A stretch of DNA of 64,000 bases from Chiloscyllium plagiosum (lineage: Eukaryota): the NCBI RefSeq assembly GCF_004010195.1, contig NC_057756.1, positions 8,158,676 through 8,222,675 of the forward strand. Direction: 5' to 3'. The notes under the pieces are model-generated. The model was not told the origin of the DNA and did no database searches. It saw only the letters and a program-made list of their open reading frames with translations. Positions 1 to 12,789 of the stretch are shown piece by piece. Position numbers and translations under genes: made by a program. How positions within the stretch are numbered: position 1 is the first letter of the stretch; each line of letters begins with the position of its first letter.

Positions 1-1932
1 CTCAGAGGCCTCTAAGATAATCTTCCAGTCCAGGGTCCGCTCGGTGGAGCAGGACGAGACGTGGTCACGTTTCTTCTTCCAGAAGGTGCACAAAGAGAGC
101 TCCGTGCTCAGCAGCCTGAAGGAAGAAGATGGCTCGATAATGTCATCTCAGGCTGACATCATGAGGATCAGCAAATCCTTCTACGCCAGTCTGTATGACG
201 CGAAGCCAACCAACAGCGTGGCCTCCCAGTTGTTCCTGTCCTCTATCATGGATATCTTAGACGACAGAACACGGGAGAGGCTGGGCCAGCCGCTATCTCT
301 GGACGAGCTGACCAAGGCCCTCGAGTCCTTTGAAAAGAATAAAACTCCCGGAAGCGACGGCTTACCGGTCGAGCTCTATTCCGCTCTGTGGGACTTGATT
401 GGCCGGGACCTGCTGGAGGTATATGTCAGTATGCTTCAGGCAGGTACCATGAGTGAATCCATGAGGAAAGGCATCATCACCCTCGTCTACAAGCAGAAGG
501 GTGAGCAGGAGGAAATCTGAAATTGGAGACCAATCTCACTATTAAATGCAGATTACAAAATCTTGGCAAAGATCATCGCCAACCGGGTCAGGTCTGCTCT
601 GGGATTGGTGATCCACCCTGACCAAACCTGGCTGTACCGGGCAGGAAGATCACTGAGAGTCTTGCACTCCTCAGGGATAGGATCACCTAAGTGCAGGACA
701 GAGGGTTGGACACCTGCCTGATCAGCCTGGACCAGAAGAAAGCCTTTGACAAGATATCTCATAAGTATATGAGAGATGTTCTCTCCAAAATGGGCTTTGG
801 GAGGGAACCTGCAATTAGATCAGACTGCTCTACACCAACATTGTCAGTGCAGTCTCAATCAATGGGTGGGAATCAGATAGCTTCCCAGTCAGATCTAGAG
901 TCAGGCAGGGCTGCCCGCTCTCTCCTGCCTTGTTTGTGTGTTGCATAGAGCCATTTGCCGAGTCCATCAGGAAGGATGCGAACCTAAAAGGGGTGACTAT
1001 TCCTGGCCGCGGGGGCCTGCAGGTTAAGGCCTCCCTGTACATGGATGACGTCACCATTTCCTGCTCGGATCCGCTGTCCGTGCACAGACTATTGTGCATC
1101 TGTGACCAGTTCTAATGGGCCTCGGGGGCCAAGGTCAACTGAGGCAAGAGCGAGGCCATGTTCTTCAGGAACTGGGCCGACCAATCCTCGATCCCCTCAC
1201 CGTCAGGACTGACCACCTGAAGGTGCTGGGTATTTGGTTCAGGGGGGCTGGGGCGTGCGCCAAGTCTTGGGAGGAGCGTATCAGCAAAGTGAGGCAGAAA
1301 CTGGATGGATGGAAGCTTCAGTCGCTCTCCATCGTGGGTCAAAACCTGGTTATCAGGTGTGAGGCACTGTCATTGCTATTATACGTGGCACAGGTCTGGC
1401 CTATTCCCAGAACGTGTGCCGCTGCAGTCACCCGGGCCATCTTCCAGTTCATATGGAGTTCAAAGATGGACCGGGTCCGAAGGGACTCACTGTATAAAGA
1501 TCTGGACAACGGGGGAAAAATTACACCCAATGCCACCCTCACCCTGCTGGCCACCTTTGTGTGTGGCTGCATCAAGCTGTGCGTGGATCCCTGGTACGCA
1601 AACACCAAGTGTCACTACGTACTGAGGGTTCTACCTGTCCCCGGTGTTGCGAAGGATGGGCCTGGCCTCGCTGCCGCGGAACGCTCCAAGTAGTTGGATC
1701 ATTCCGTATCACCTGTCCTTCGTGGAGAAATTTATGAAGAAAAACACTTTTGACCACAAGTCCATCAGGAAGTGGTCAGCACGTAGTGTCCTTGAGACCC
1801 TTCGGGAGAAGGAGAGGGCGGATCCTATCGAGCGGTTCCCTGAGCAGACTGTCAAAGCCATTTGGCTGAATGCCTCATCGCCAGAACTTTCCAACAAGCA
1901 CCAAGACATGGCTTGGCTGGTGGTGAGAAGGG

Positions 1933-2024
1933 GTGGAAATGTGTTGCTGGAAAAGCGCAGCAGGTCAGGCAGCATCCAGGGAACAGGAGAATCGACGTTT
2001 CGGGCATTAGCCCTTCTTCAGGAA
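1933..2024 (-). mobile_element. 92-bp Penelope-like terminal-repeat fragment inserted in Tx1 copy A, carrying a minimal hammerhead motif
   Basis: 15-bp TSD TGGTGGTGAGAAGGG at 1918-1932 and 2025-2039; the paralogous site in copy B (about 7437-7451) has a single copy and no insert. The same sequence adjoins Penelope RT at 17818-18981. Confidence 0.85.
1991..2024 (-). ncRNA. Minimal type I hammerhead ribozyme motif (family 1)
   Basis: Minus strand reads ttc-CTGAAGA-a-gggc-taat-gccc-GAAA-cg-TC-gat: CUGANGA core, 4-bp helix II, GAAA, palindromic ACGU helix III and GUC site. Confidence 0.78.
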
Positions 2025-2697
2025 TGGTGGTGAGAAGGGCTCTGCCTGTGAGATCCTTTATGCACACCGGACTCTCAGCCGCCCCGCACGCTGCCCTCGA
2101 AGTGGCTGCGGGGGGTATGAGACTGTCACACACCTCCTTCTGGAATGTGCCTACGCAGAAGAAGTCTGGAGAGGAATGCAGTGGTGTTTGTCGAGGTTCG
2201 TCCCAAGCAGCGCTGTGACGCGGGACTCCGTGCTCTACGGCCTGTTCCCCGGTGACGCACACCGAGACGAACTTCAACTATACCTGGAGGATCATCAACT
2301 CGATGAAGGACGCTCTCTGGACGGTCCGAAACCAGTTGATCTTCCAGCTGAAGGAGCTGATCCCAACTGAGTGTTGAGGACTGGCACATTCCAAGGTCCA
2401 GGACTACGTGTTGGACGCAGTGAAGCTTGGGGCAGCTGCCGCCAAGGCACGGTGGGGAAAGACCACCGTGTAACGTCTGTCTGCCAAAGAACAGGGGGCC
2501 CACGCAGTAAGTGGGCTCTGCTGGCGCCTCAGCTAAATATATGGATAGTAAATGTACAGACCTGTATATAGGAATGATTAATTCCGATCTCTGTATGCAA
2601 AGAAATTGAACATTTATGTATGTATGGCATGACCAACTGTACAAATTATCAAAATATTTTATGAATAAAATATATTTTTGAAATTTTTAAAAAAAAA

Positions 2698-5600
2698 TTA
2701 CTGCCTGCAGGATTTCCCTGGGGCAGGCCATTTCAATGTGACCTTCAGGAGTGTGAAGCAGCTCCTGAAGGTATTGAAGAAGAAGGAAGGGGAGCCTCTG
2801 TTCTCCATTTTGTTGGTGGTCTTGTGTGTGCTTCTTGCACAGAGGCGTCGGGTTGTTACCATCCATATGTACAAACCCCACGTCTCAGCAGCTGTTGTCC
2901 TGACCTTCCTGGGACAGTATGTGCAGGTCGAAGGTGACAGCATGGATGTGGTTGACCCATTTGGTATCTGGACCAGCAAACGGCAGGTCCAAGTAACGCT
3001 GAAGGTGGACGCCAGCAGGAACATCCTCCACCCACCCTCCAGCTTCGCATTCGGAGGGAGCAGGGGGCTACCTGACGTACGCAGGGCAGCTGAAAGTGTG
3101 CCGAACCTGTGGGAAGTCAGGCCACATGGCAGCGGACTGTAAGGTGACCATCTGCAGGAACTGTAAGCAAGAGGGTCACCTGACAAAGGACTGTAAGGAG
3201 GCGAAGAACTGTAATCTGTGCGGAGAGGCAGGTCACATTTACAAGGCCTACCCAAGACGGGAGGGAGGCAGCCACTTACACACAGATGGCCGGGGGTAGC
3301 AAGGTGAGCTGTGGACCCCAAAGACCAGCAAGGTCCAATCAGACAGCAGGGGGAACTGAGTCTGGGGGCACACAGAAAGAAGGACAGGCTGGAACGGAGC
3401 AGGCAACAGCCAGTGGATAGGTACAGCAGCCGACCCAAGCTCCGACAGGACAGACGGAGACAATGGAGGAGGAACGAACCAAGGAGGCAGGGGTGTGGAT
3501 ACCTGTGAAAAACAGGAAACGGAAAACCCGCCAGGTCCCCAAAGCAACCCAGCAAAGTGGAAACAGCAGCTGCACGAGGAGGATACAGGCAGCTCTTCAG
3601 ATGGTGAAGACGGGCGCAAGGAGGGTCGTCACTAAAAGAAGAGGCAGAGTGCCGAGGGGAGAAAGGAGGGCGACACCCACCAACCAGGACACAACGCACC
3701 CTCTGAGGTGGCTGGTAAAGCCCACCGCCAATCTCCCCTCCCTAACTAGGTGAAAACCAGGAGATACCCAATGCCCCACAGCTCCACTTAACTGAGAGCA
3801 GCAATCCTCTGACAGCCCCGCTGTCAGACACAGAACTGGACTGGTCATGGCCCGATGACACCAGAGTGGGGAAATGACCCCAGCGAGGAACTGGACAGCT
3901 ACCTCAGCCCTGCAAGTGTCCAGCAGTTCGCCTTTACCATGGGGACGCAGACATCTGCCACGGAGACAGTGGTAACTTTGTAAACTGTAAGATGGCCATT
4001 AAAATTGCCAGCATTAACCTGCATAGCATTTAATCTTCTATGCGAAGTGTTTCTACGATGGCCTTCCTGGCCAACGTTACAGCTGATGTCCTATTTCTGC
4101 ACCTCAGCAGTTACAGGAGATGGTCAAGCTTGTGGGCCCATGGGCTGTCAGTTTGGTCGGGGGGAGCAATGATACTGGCCTGAGTATCCTGCTCCGAGGA
4201 GGCGATTTCACCATCTCCGAGGTTAAGGAGGTGGTGGGCGGGCGCCTCCTTGTCACCGACGTCATGTACAGGAATGCTCCCCTGAGATTGATTAATGTGT
4301 ACGCCCCAGTGGGTAAGAGTGAACGGTTGGCCGTCCTGCAGCAGCTTCCACTGTTGCTGGCTATATCCAGGCCGGTCATTCTGGACAGAGACTTCAACTG
4401 TATCATTGATGCAGACGGATGATCCGACGGGGGGGACAGTAAACTGGACGCCACGTCCAGAGCCCTGATGGAAACTATCAAAGACGCCAAGCTGCACGAC
4501 GTTTACAGCACCCCTGCAGACGGAGCGCAGCGTAGATACACCTGGTCATGGGCAGACGGGTCTATCCACTCAAGGATAGATTACCTGTTTGTGTCCCGGT
4601 CTCGGACAGATCCACCGACGTCAAGCTAGTGTTCTTCTCTGACCACTGCCTCCTGCTGGCCGACTGTTACCTACAGGATGAGCAGCGGGCTGGTAAGGGA
4701 ACGTGGAAGCTGAACACAAAGCTGTTGACCCCGGGAAACATTGAGGAGCTCAGGAGGGACTACGCAGGTTGGAGAACCGTGAAGCCCCTCTTTGAGTCCT
4801 CAGCGGACTGGTGGGAAACAGTAAAAGGGAACATCAAGAGATTCTTCATCCTCAAAAGTGTTCAGGAGGCGAGAGGGAGGCGGGGAAAACTGTCCCAACT
4901 CCAGGAAAGTATGTAGAACCTGCGCCTGCTGCAGACGATGGGGGTTGATGTCACGGAGGACCTCCAGGAGGTGAAGGGCCAGCAAGCCTCGCTCTTTGCC
5001 TCGGAGGCCTCCAAGATAATCTTCCAGTCCAGGGTCCGCTCGGTGGAGCAGGACAAGACGTGCTCATGTTTCTTCTTCCAGAAGGTGCACAAAGAGAACT
5101 CCGTGCTCAGCAGCCTGAAGGAAGAAGATGGCTCGCTAACGTCATCTCAGGCTGACGTCATGAGGATCAGNNNNNNNNNNNNNNNNNNNNNNNNNNNNNN
5201 NNNNNNNNNNNNNNNNNNNNNNNNNNNNNNNNNNNNNNNNNNNNNNNNNNNNNNNNNNNNNNNNNNNNNNNNNNNNNNNNNNNNNNNNNNNNNNNNNNNN
5301 NNNNNNNNNNNNNNNNNNNNNNNNNNNNNNNNNNNNNNNNNNNNNNNNCAGGTTGGAGAACCGTGAAGCCCCTCTTTGAGTCCTCAGCGGACTGGTGGGA
5401 AACAGTAAAAGGGAACATCAAGAGATTCTTCATCCTCAAAAGTGTTCAGGAGGCGAGAGGGAGGCGGGGAAAACTGTCCCAACTCCAGGAAAATATGCAG
5501 AACCTGCGCCTGCTGCAGACGATGGGGGTCGATGTCATGGAGGACCTCCAGGAGGTGAAGGGCCAGCAAGCCTCGCTCTTTGCCTCAGAGGCCTCTAAGA

Positions 5601-8092
5601 TAATTTTCTGGTCCAGGGTCCGCTCGGTGGAGCAGGACAAGACGTGCTCACGTTTCTTCTTCCAGAAGGTGCACAAAGAGAACTCCGTGCTCAGCAGCCT
5701 GAAGGAAGAAGATGGCTCGATAACGTCATCTCAGGCTGACGTCATGAGGATCAGTAAATCCTTCTATGCCAGTCTATATGACGCGAAGCCAACCGAAAGC
5801 GCGGCCTCCCAGTCGTTCTGTCCTCTATCACGGAGGTCTTAGACGACAGAACACGCGAGAGGCTGGACCAGCCGCTATCTCTGGACGAGCTGACCAAGGC
5901 CCTCGAGTCCTTCGAAAAGAATAAAACTCCCGGAAGCGACGGCTTACCGGATGAGATCTATTCCGCTCTGTGGGACTTGATTGGCCGGGACCTGCTGGAG
6001 GTGTCTGTCAGTATGCTTCGGGCAGGTACCATGAGGAAAGGCATCATCACCCTCATCTACAAGCGGAAGGGGGAGAGGGAGGAAATTTGAAATTGGAGAC
6101 CAATCTCGCTATTAAATGTGGATTACAAAACCTTGTCAAAGGTCATCGCCAACCGGGTCAGGTCTGCTCTGGGATCGGTGATTCACTCTGACCAAACCTG
6201 TGCTGTTCCGGGCAGGAAGATCACTGAGAGTCTTGCACTCCTCAGAGATACGATCACCTATGTGAAGGACAGGGGGGTGGACACCTGCCTCATCAGCCTG
6301 GACCAGGAGAAAGCCTTTGACAAGATATTGCATACATAGATGAGAGATGGGCTTTGGGGAGGGAATCTGCAATTGGATCAGACTGCTCTACACCAACATT
6401 GTCAGTGCAGTCTCAATCAATGGGTGAGATTCAGCCCTCTCTCTCCTGACTTGTTTGTGTGCTGCATAGAGCCATTTGCCGAGTCCATCAGGAAGGTTGC
6501 GAGCCTGAGAGGGGTGACTATTCCTGGCAGCGGGGGCCTGCAGGTTAAGGCCTCCCTGTACATGGATGACGTCGCCGTTTTCTGCTCGGATCCGCTGTCC
6601 GTGCACAGACTCATGTGCATTTGTGACCAGTTCGAACGGGCCTCGGGGGCCAAGGTAAACTGAGGCAAGAGCGAGGCCATGCTCTTCAGGAACTGGGCCG
6701 ACCAATCCTCCATCCCCTTCACCGTCAGGACCGACCACCTTAAGGTGCTGGGTATTTGGTTCGGAGGGGCTGAGACGCGCGCCAAGTCTTGGAAGGAGCA
6801 TATCAGGAAACTAAGGCAGAAACTGGGTAGATGGGGGAAACGGTCGCTCTCCATCGCGAGTCAAAACCTGGTCATCAGGTGTGAGGTTCTCTCAGTTTTG
6901 TTATATGTGGCACAGGTCTGGCCTATTCCCTGAACCTCTGCCACCCCAGTCACCCGGACCATCTTCCACTTTATGTGGCGATCAAAGATGGACTGGAACC
7001 GAAGGGACACATGTAGAAAGGTCTGGGCAACTGGGAAATAACACACCCAATGCCACCCTCACCCTGATGGCCACCTTTGTGTGTGGCTGCATCAAGCTGT
7101 GCATGGATCCCCGATACGCAAACACCAAGTGTCACTACGTAATGAGGTTCTACCTGTCCCCGGTGTTGCGAAGGATGGGCCTGGCCTCACTGCCATGGAA
7201 CGCTCCGAGTAGTTGGACCATTCCGTATCACCTGTCCTTCATGGAGAAGTTTATGAAGAAAAACACCTTTGACCACAAATCCATCAGGAAGTGGTCAGCA
7301 CGTAGTGTCCTTGAGAGCCTTCGGGAAAAGGAGAGCGCGGATCCTATCGAGTGGTTCCCTGAACAGACTGTCAAAGTCATTTGGCAGAATGCCTCATCGC
7401 CAGAACTTTCCAACAAGCACCAAGACATGGCTTGGCTGGTGGTGAGAAGGGCTCTGCTGGTAAGATCCTCTATGCACGCCCAGACTGTCTGCTCCACCTC
7501 ACGCTGTTCTCGAAGCGGCTGTGGACAGGACGAGACTGTCACACACCTCCTTCTGGAATGTGCCTATGTAAAGGAAGTCTGGAGAGGAATGCAGAGATGT
7601 TTGTCGAGGTTTGTCCCAAGCAGCTCCATGACATGGGATTCTGTGCTCTCCAATCTGTTCCCCGGGACACACACTCAGTCAAACATCAACTGTGCCTGGA
7701 GGATCATCAACTCGGTGAAAGACGCTCTTTGGTCTGTCCATAACCTGTCGGTCTTCCAGCTGAAAGAGGTGACCCTGACTGAGTGTTGCAGACTGGCACA
7801 TTCCAAGGTCCAGGACTACGTGCTGAAGCTTGGGGCAGCTGCCGCCAAGGCGTGGTGGAGAAAGACCGCCGTATAAGGTCTGCCTGCTGAAGAACAACGG
7901 GGGACCCACTCAGCAATTGAGCTCCGCTGATGTCTCAACTCAACATCCAGATGGTCAACATACAGAATTGTAAATACAAATGATTCAGTCTGGTCTCTGT
8001 ATGTAAAAACATGTAATGTATATATGAATGGCATCACTGTACAAATATCAAAAGATATCTACGAACCAAAATATATTTTTGAAATAAAAAAA
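2698..8092 (+). mobile_element. Tx1-clade LINE, copy B: partial ORF1 with three CCHC knuckles, ORF2 (APE-RT-zf) from ATG 3992, 3' UTR and A-rich tail; decayed
   Basis: ORF1 contains [28 protein letters not shown] and [17 protein letters not shown] motifs LINVYAP, DFNC, FSDH; RT motifs SLDQEKAFD and YMDD; CSRSGC...ETVTHLLLEC. Interrupted by the gap at 5171-5348. Confidence 0.92.
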
Positions 8093-9552
8093 TGAGTACA
8101 GAAAGAAAACAAAATGAATCAAATTCGAGATTTACTCCCCTTGTTTACATGACGGCATAATTTAGAAAAGTAAATGATGAGTCCAGGCATATGCGTGATG
8201 ACAAATATTTTACTGATAAATATTCTATGATGAAAAACAAATATATAATCCCTTCCTTGTCGCAGATGGATGTTGGTGGAAAAGCAACATCGAGGGACAA
8301 AGGGCCTGTTCTGCACTGAATTGTTCCATGTAATACAGTAGATTTGTACAGGTGAGTGAAAAGTGAAATTAATGAAAAAAATCTATGTCATATCTTGGTT
8401 TCTAGTACTGGCGACCCCAGACTTTCAGTAATGTGACTGTCCATAGCTGCTGATTTTTTGTTTGTTAAACATTCACAGGATGTGTGCCTCGCTGGCTTGG
8501 CTAGCCTTTCTTGGCCATGCCTAACTGCTCAGAAGGCAGACGAGATTCACAAAACAGCTGGTCAGGAGTCACCAAGGATGACAGCTTTTCTTCCCTGCAG
8601 GATAGTACTGAACCAGAACGCAAAATGGGCGAAAGGTTTCGACAGTTAATACAGTAGGACATCACAGCTAAACTTGTAGTTTCCATATAGATATACTGGA
8701 TAAGATGAGATTCTCCTTAGGAAGAACCATAAGGGAAGTTAACCAAGTTTCTGTAAGCAAGCAGTTCTAAACATATAAACATTTTAAAAAGGGGCAGATT
8801 TGTAAGGCCTAGTTTTTGCCACAGTTCCAATCTTTTTATAGAGGAATAATTGAATGGAAAAGTATTCCCCTATAGTATTTTATACTGTTTAGGTAATTGT
8901 ACAATTAGAAAGGCACACAACAAATTCGTGTGCTCATTCCTTGAGCAAATGTTTATAGGCAGCAAAGAGGCCCAATGTATTATTATGGAAGATAAAGGAA
9001 TAAATGGTATAAACAAAATCTCCAAAAAATCCATTGGCACAGGAGAAAAGTTGTAACAAGAGAGGTCATGACAAGAGAAAGATAAACAATTGAAACTTAG
9101 GTGTAGATGTAAATGAGTTGAGCAAATTCTTGCACCCAAAGATCAAGGGAATAGTGACAAACACAGATTAAAAAATACAGAGTAAAGATGTGGTTGTCCC
9201 CTAGTTCTTTGTAGAATCTAATCAAGTTTAATTTAATGGCCTCCTGAAGTTGTAACATGGTTGAATTTCATCCTCTTCAGTGAAAATCAAATAGATATTT
9301 CTAATAAGGAAGGATAATTAGCAATATAAAGTGTTTAGAGTGGAAACAGTAAATATTTATTTAAAGATGAAAGTTTAGTTTAACTCCACTTACAACATGT
9401 AAATAGCAGCTTGTAAACTGCAGGTGATTATCAGAAGGACTGTTGTTTGAACTCAGGCTGAAGTGAGAGAGGGGTTGTGGTCAATTTGTCAACTCTGTTT
9501 CAGTAACTTTATATTAGAATTGGTTTTGAGGACTATATAACAATTAGTAGAA

Positions 9553-10434
9553 AATAATATCCTTCCTAATCTGCCATACTAAAGTAAGCACAGAATTTGG
9601 AAGGGTTCTTAGTAAAATGTAAGCCTTTGGTCAATAATGTGGGTCAGCTGGTAAATAGCAGCGAGGTAGTAAAACTGTCAGAAGCATTTTCAGAAGATCC
9701 CAAATACAAAGGATGGAGTTATCTGGTAGACATCATGGTCACAATGCAGATATTAGAAGTGAGGGCCACAATGAAATCCATGCCTCTCATAATCATATAC
9801 ATTTCCGTAACTTACACCCCTCAGTCTCCTTTGATCGAAAGAAAAGATTTCTAGCTTGTCCAAATAATATCCTTCCTAATCTGCCATACTAAAGTAAGCA
9901 CAGTATTTGGAAGGGGTCTTAGTAAAATGTAAGCCTTTGGTCAATAATGTGGGTCAGCTGGTAAATAGCAGCGAGGTAGTAAAACTGTCAGAAGCATTTT
10001 CAGAAGATCCCAAATACAAAGGATGGAGGTATCTGGTAGTCATCGTGGTCACAATGCAGATATTGCAAGTGAGGGCCACAATGAAGTTAGAAAAGATAAG
10101 CAAGCCAGCTCAGATACACTCACTGACATCTTCTCACACCAAATCTCTCAGACTCACCTCTGGTCTCTGCTCTCCAAACTCTCTCCCCCACCGGCAACTC
10201 CCCGCCAACCTACTAACCAATACTAAAGCGAAATCGTGAAAACACTTGCTCCGATTTCTTTTTCCATTTGCCATCTGGCGTTTACCTCCCCGGATGCAGC
10301 TTCCCGATGGGAAACATTGGAAACGGAAGAGAATCCTGTTCCAGCGTTCAGGATCCATGTGTGACAGTGACATTAAGGTGCACAGCTCTGAGTTAATAGA
10401 ACCCAGAGTGAGTTTAAAGTTCCCCCACACCGAG
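9553..10434. repeat. Local duplicated block: ~310-bp-period tandem copy (9553-9775 and 9863-10085), with a further copy at 13915-14185 plus 14583-14961
   Basis: AATAATATCCTTCCTAATCTGCCATACTAAAGTAAGCACAG occurs at 9553, 9863 and about 14002; 10045-10434 matches 14583-14961 with small indels. Confidence 0.9.
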
Positions 10435-10523
10435 TGTGCACAGAGCAAACAATTTCTGTACATCTCGCACCTCCCTTTATCGCAGACAATCCCATACACA
10501 GAGCAATAGAACATGCAGCTTAC

Positions 10524-10841
10524 CAAGTACATGCAGGGTGAGGATCGCTGATGCTTGGGCACCCATTTCAGGAACCATGGTAACAGTGTACTCCCCACTG
10601 TCTGAAAACATCACGGACTTCAGCAGGAGCGATCCATTTGGTGTTAAAATCTCAGCTCGCAACTTGTAATCATTACTTATTGAAGCAGATGAACCGATCC
10701 ATAACCCAATGTTTTTCCCTTGGAATTCCCAGTTCCCATTCCTCACAGCAGCTGATGGTTTCGCTGAAAAGTTTGCCGTTTCTCCAACAGTCACATTAAT
10801 CTGTCTGTGTTCGGTCTGGATCGTGAACGACTGGGGCTCAG
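10524..10841 (-). CDS. Exon encoding a cysteine-free IgV (N-type) domain, CEACAM/HEPACAM/CD2-like
   Basis: 318-nt phase 1-1 exon with tttcaccAG acceptor and G|GTAAGC donor. Encodes AEPQSFTIQTEHRQINVTVGETANFS...NWEF...PNGSLLLKSVMFSDSGEYTVTM...LTLHVL: NGSL and DSGxY motifs, no Cys. Confidence 0.85.
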
Positions 10842-11113
10842 CTGGTGAAATCAACATCATTAAGGAAGTTACAAACAGAAACTCTCCAGGATACATATTT
10901 CTCTAAAATGCTGTACATCGCTCTGGCTTTTCCTAACATCGTGTCTGGTCTTGTTTCTCCAAGTTCCCAAATAGTTATTACACTGTGTTAGCATTCCTCC
11001 CTCCGACCCTGGGCTCCCAGGTACAAGGCTTACCTTCTCTGGAGTTTCTAATGGGTTCCCTGCAAAGGTGAAGTCGGAAAATATCGAGAATAGTAAGAGG
11101 AAGTGTATCTCAC

Positions 11114-11165
11114 CTACTGCCATTAATAAGCAAATAGAGATGGTGGTAAGAGGCAGTTTGGCCAT
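11114..11165 (-). CDS. Signal-peptide exon of the CEACAM-like gene
   Basis: MAKLPLTTISICLLMAV plus 1 nt, with a G|GTGAG donor. Phase 1 joins in frame (G+CT = Ala) to the IgV exon. There is an upstream in-frame stop and a good acceptor at 11308. Confidence 0.82.
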
Positions 11166-11928
11166 CCCGAGTGCACTCCACCGTCCCTCCCCACCCAACA
11201 ACCCTTCCAGTCTCTGTTACATTTACAGACGGATCCTCTCCGCCTGGTGCAGGTCGTCGAAGATAGTTTCAAAAGATGCAATGCTAACTGCTCCGAATTC
11301 TGGTCATCTGACAGGAAACAAATTGCACAAAGTACAGGGAGAGGTTAATAATCAGGAACAAACGTTTGCAGCAGAATCAGGTTACAGCTCGTTCAGAAAT
11401 CGAAATGTTGCAGTCATGTAACCATGACGCCTATTATTCCTTCAGGCAGGACGGTCTTGGTTTAATTTCCATGTTCGCTGCTTGTGCCTGGCCTTTCTGG
11501 ATGGTCCTTAGGTCCAATCACAGTTCCTCAGGGAATGCAGTTGGCCTGGCCTCGCCTGCAGCTGGATCTATGCAGCTCCAGTGTCTGGTCTGAAGCAGGA
11601 CCAAGAACATTCCTACCACAGAGGAATCAGATAATTCCATTTCTATCAAAAATGTGAAACCAGCCCTTTGCGTTCAATGGCATTCTCTACTCTCTCGATA
11701 GTGTGATGGTCATCTTTGAACAGAAACTTTCATGAACACCGCAGAATCACGCTCTGATCAGTGAACTGAATCGAATTAAATTGATTGTCACGTGTACCGG
11801 GGTACAGTGAAGAACTTTGCCTTGCGAGCAACACAGGCAGATCGCAGAGTTAATGTGTGTCCCCTCACCAAAGCAAAAACTTTTCATCATTTACAATGTA
11901 CATGTTGAAAGTTTGATGCAATAGTCCG

Positions 11929-12021
11929 AACATCTCTGAATATACACAGCTGAAGAGATCCTTGTCTCGGATAAAACATCTCTGAATATACACAGCTGAA
12001 GAGATCCTTGTCTCGGATAAA
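11929..12021. repeat. Perfect 46-bp tandem duplication
   Basis: CATCTCTGAATATACACAGCTGAAGAGATCCTTGTCTCGGATAAA starts at 11931 and at 11977. Confidence 0.9.
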
Positions 12022-12295
12022 GGCATCTATCTGTGAGAACCGAAAGATAATCAGCCAATTCAACTTGAGCACACTGTGGTAACAGTCTATTGGGTACACA
12101 TAAGCACTACAGCACATCATCAAGCTTTCTCCAACAACTCATTGCTCGAGTATCACCTTTGTTTTCTGGAAAATCTCTTCCTATTGGTTGAGGAATTGAA
12201 GGAGACAGCTGTAACCAACACTTGAAAACCACAAAAGAAGCAATGACGACTGGATGGAATGACTTGGAAACGCCATGTTTGACTGGAGTGGACAA

Positions 12296-12386
12296 AGTTA
12301 AAAGTCACAAAACACCAGGTTACAGTCCAACAGGTTTATTTGGAAGCACTAGCTTTCGAAGCGCTGTTCCTTCATCAGGTGGTTGA
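12296..12386 (-). mobile_element. Penelope-like terminal fragment, family 2, with hammerhead motif at 12347-12381
   Basis: Minus strand reads cac-CTGATGA-aggaacagcgcttc-GAAA-gc-TA-gtg; homologous to 28411-28531. Confidence 0.7.
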
Positions 12387-12789
12387 CTGGAAGGAAAGCT
12401 TAGTTCAGAATAACTCATTCTCATCTGCTGTGCCCTGCCTGAGGGGATAATGGAAGGATGTTTATTCATGGTGTTCAAAAAGAAAGCAAGATCAGTCTCT
12501 GAAATGGAATATACGCAGGATATGAAGCAATGACCTTGGATGGCGTTTGTTGCAGTTTTTATTTCTAACGGCAAAGATGCATCAAATGGACTTCTTCAGG
12601 TTGGCAACAATCTATATTGCTTCAGTGTAGAAGAGGCATCAGCATGAGATCCAGAGAAAGTTCAGCTTTAATCACCACTATCGTTTGTCGGCCAGAGAAT
12701 CTCGAAAGATTGTCATCCAACACATTTTCATCTGAATCTTCCCTTCTGTCCTACAGACTATATATATGTATGTTCATTCGTCAGATAGC

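Larger units (their letters stand above)
1..2697 (+). mobile_element. Tx1-clade (L1 superfamily) non-LTR retrotransposon, copy A: decayed ORF2 (RT, C-terminal zinc finger), 3' UTR and A-tail; 5' part lies outside the window
   Basis: Translations contain KTPGSDGLPVELY, SLDQKKAFD, SLYMDDV and TVTHLLLEC, with many stops and frameshifts. AATAAA at 2664, A-run at 2689-2697. Confidence 0.92.

Noticed and set aside
2698..3699. 333-aa minus-strand ORF
   Set aside because: Antisense shadow of Tx1 ORF1 with no recognisable motif.
6881..7876. 331-aa ORF as a host gene or active element
   Set aside because: It is the C-terminal part of Tx1 ORF2, and the upstream ORF2 has stops, frameshifts and deletions.
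10134..10598. 154-aa minus ORF and a GAG|GTGAGT donor near 10158 as a further CEACAM exon
   Set aside because: No Ig or TM features, no convincing acceptor, and the duplicate at 14702-14956 carries indels.
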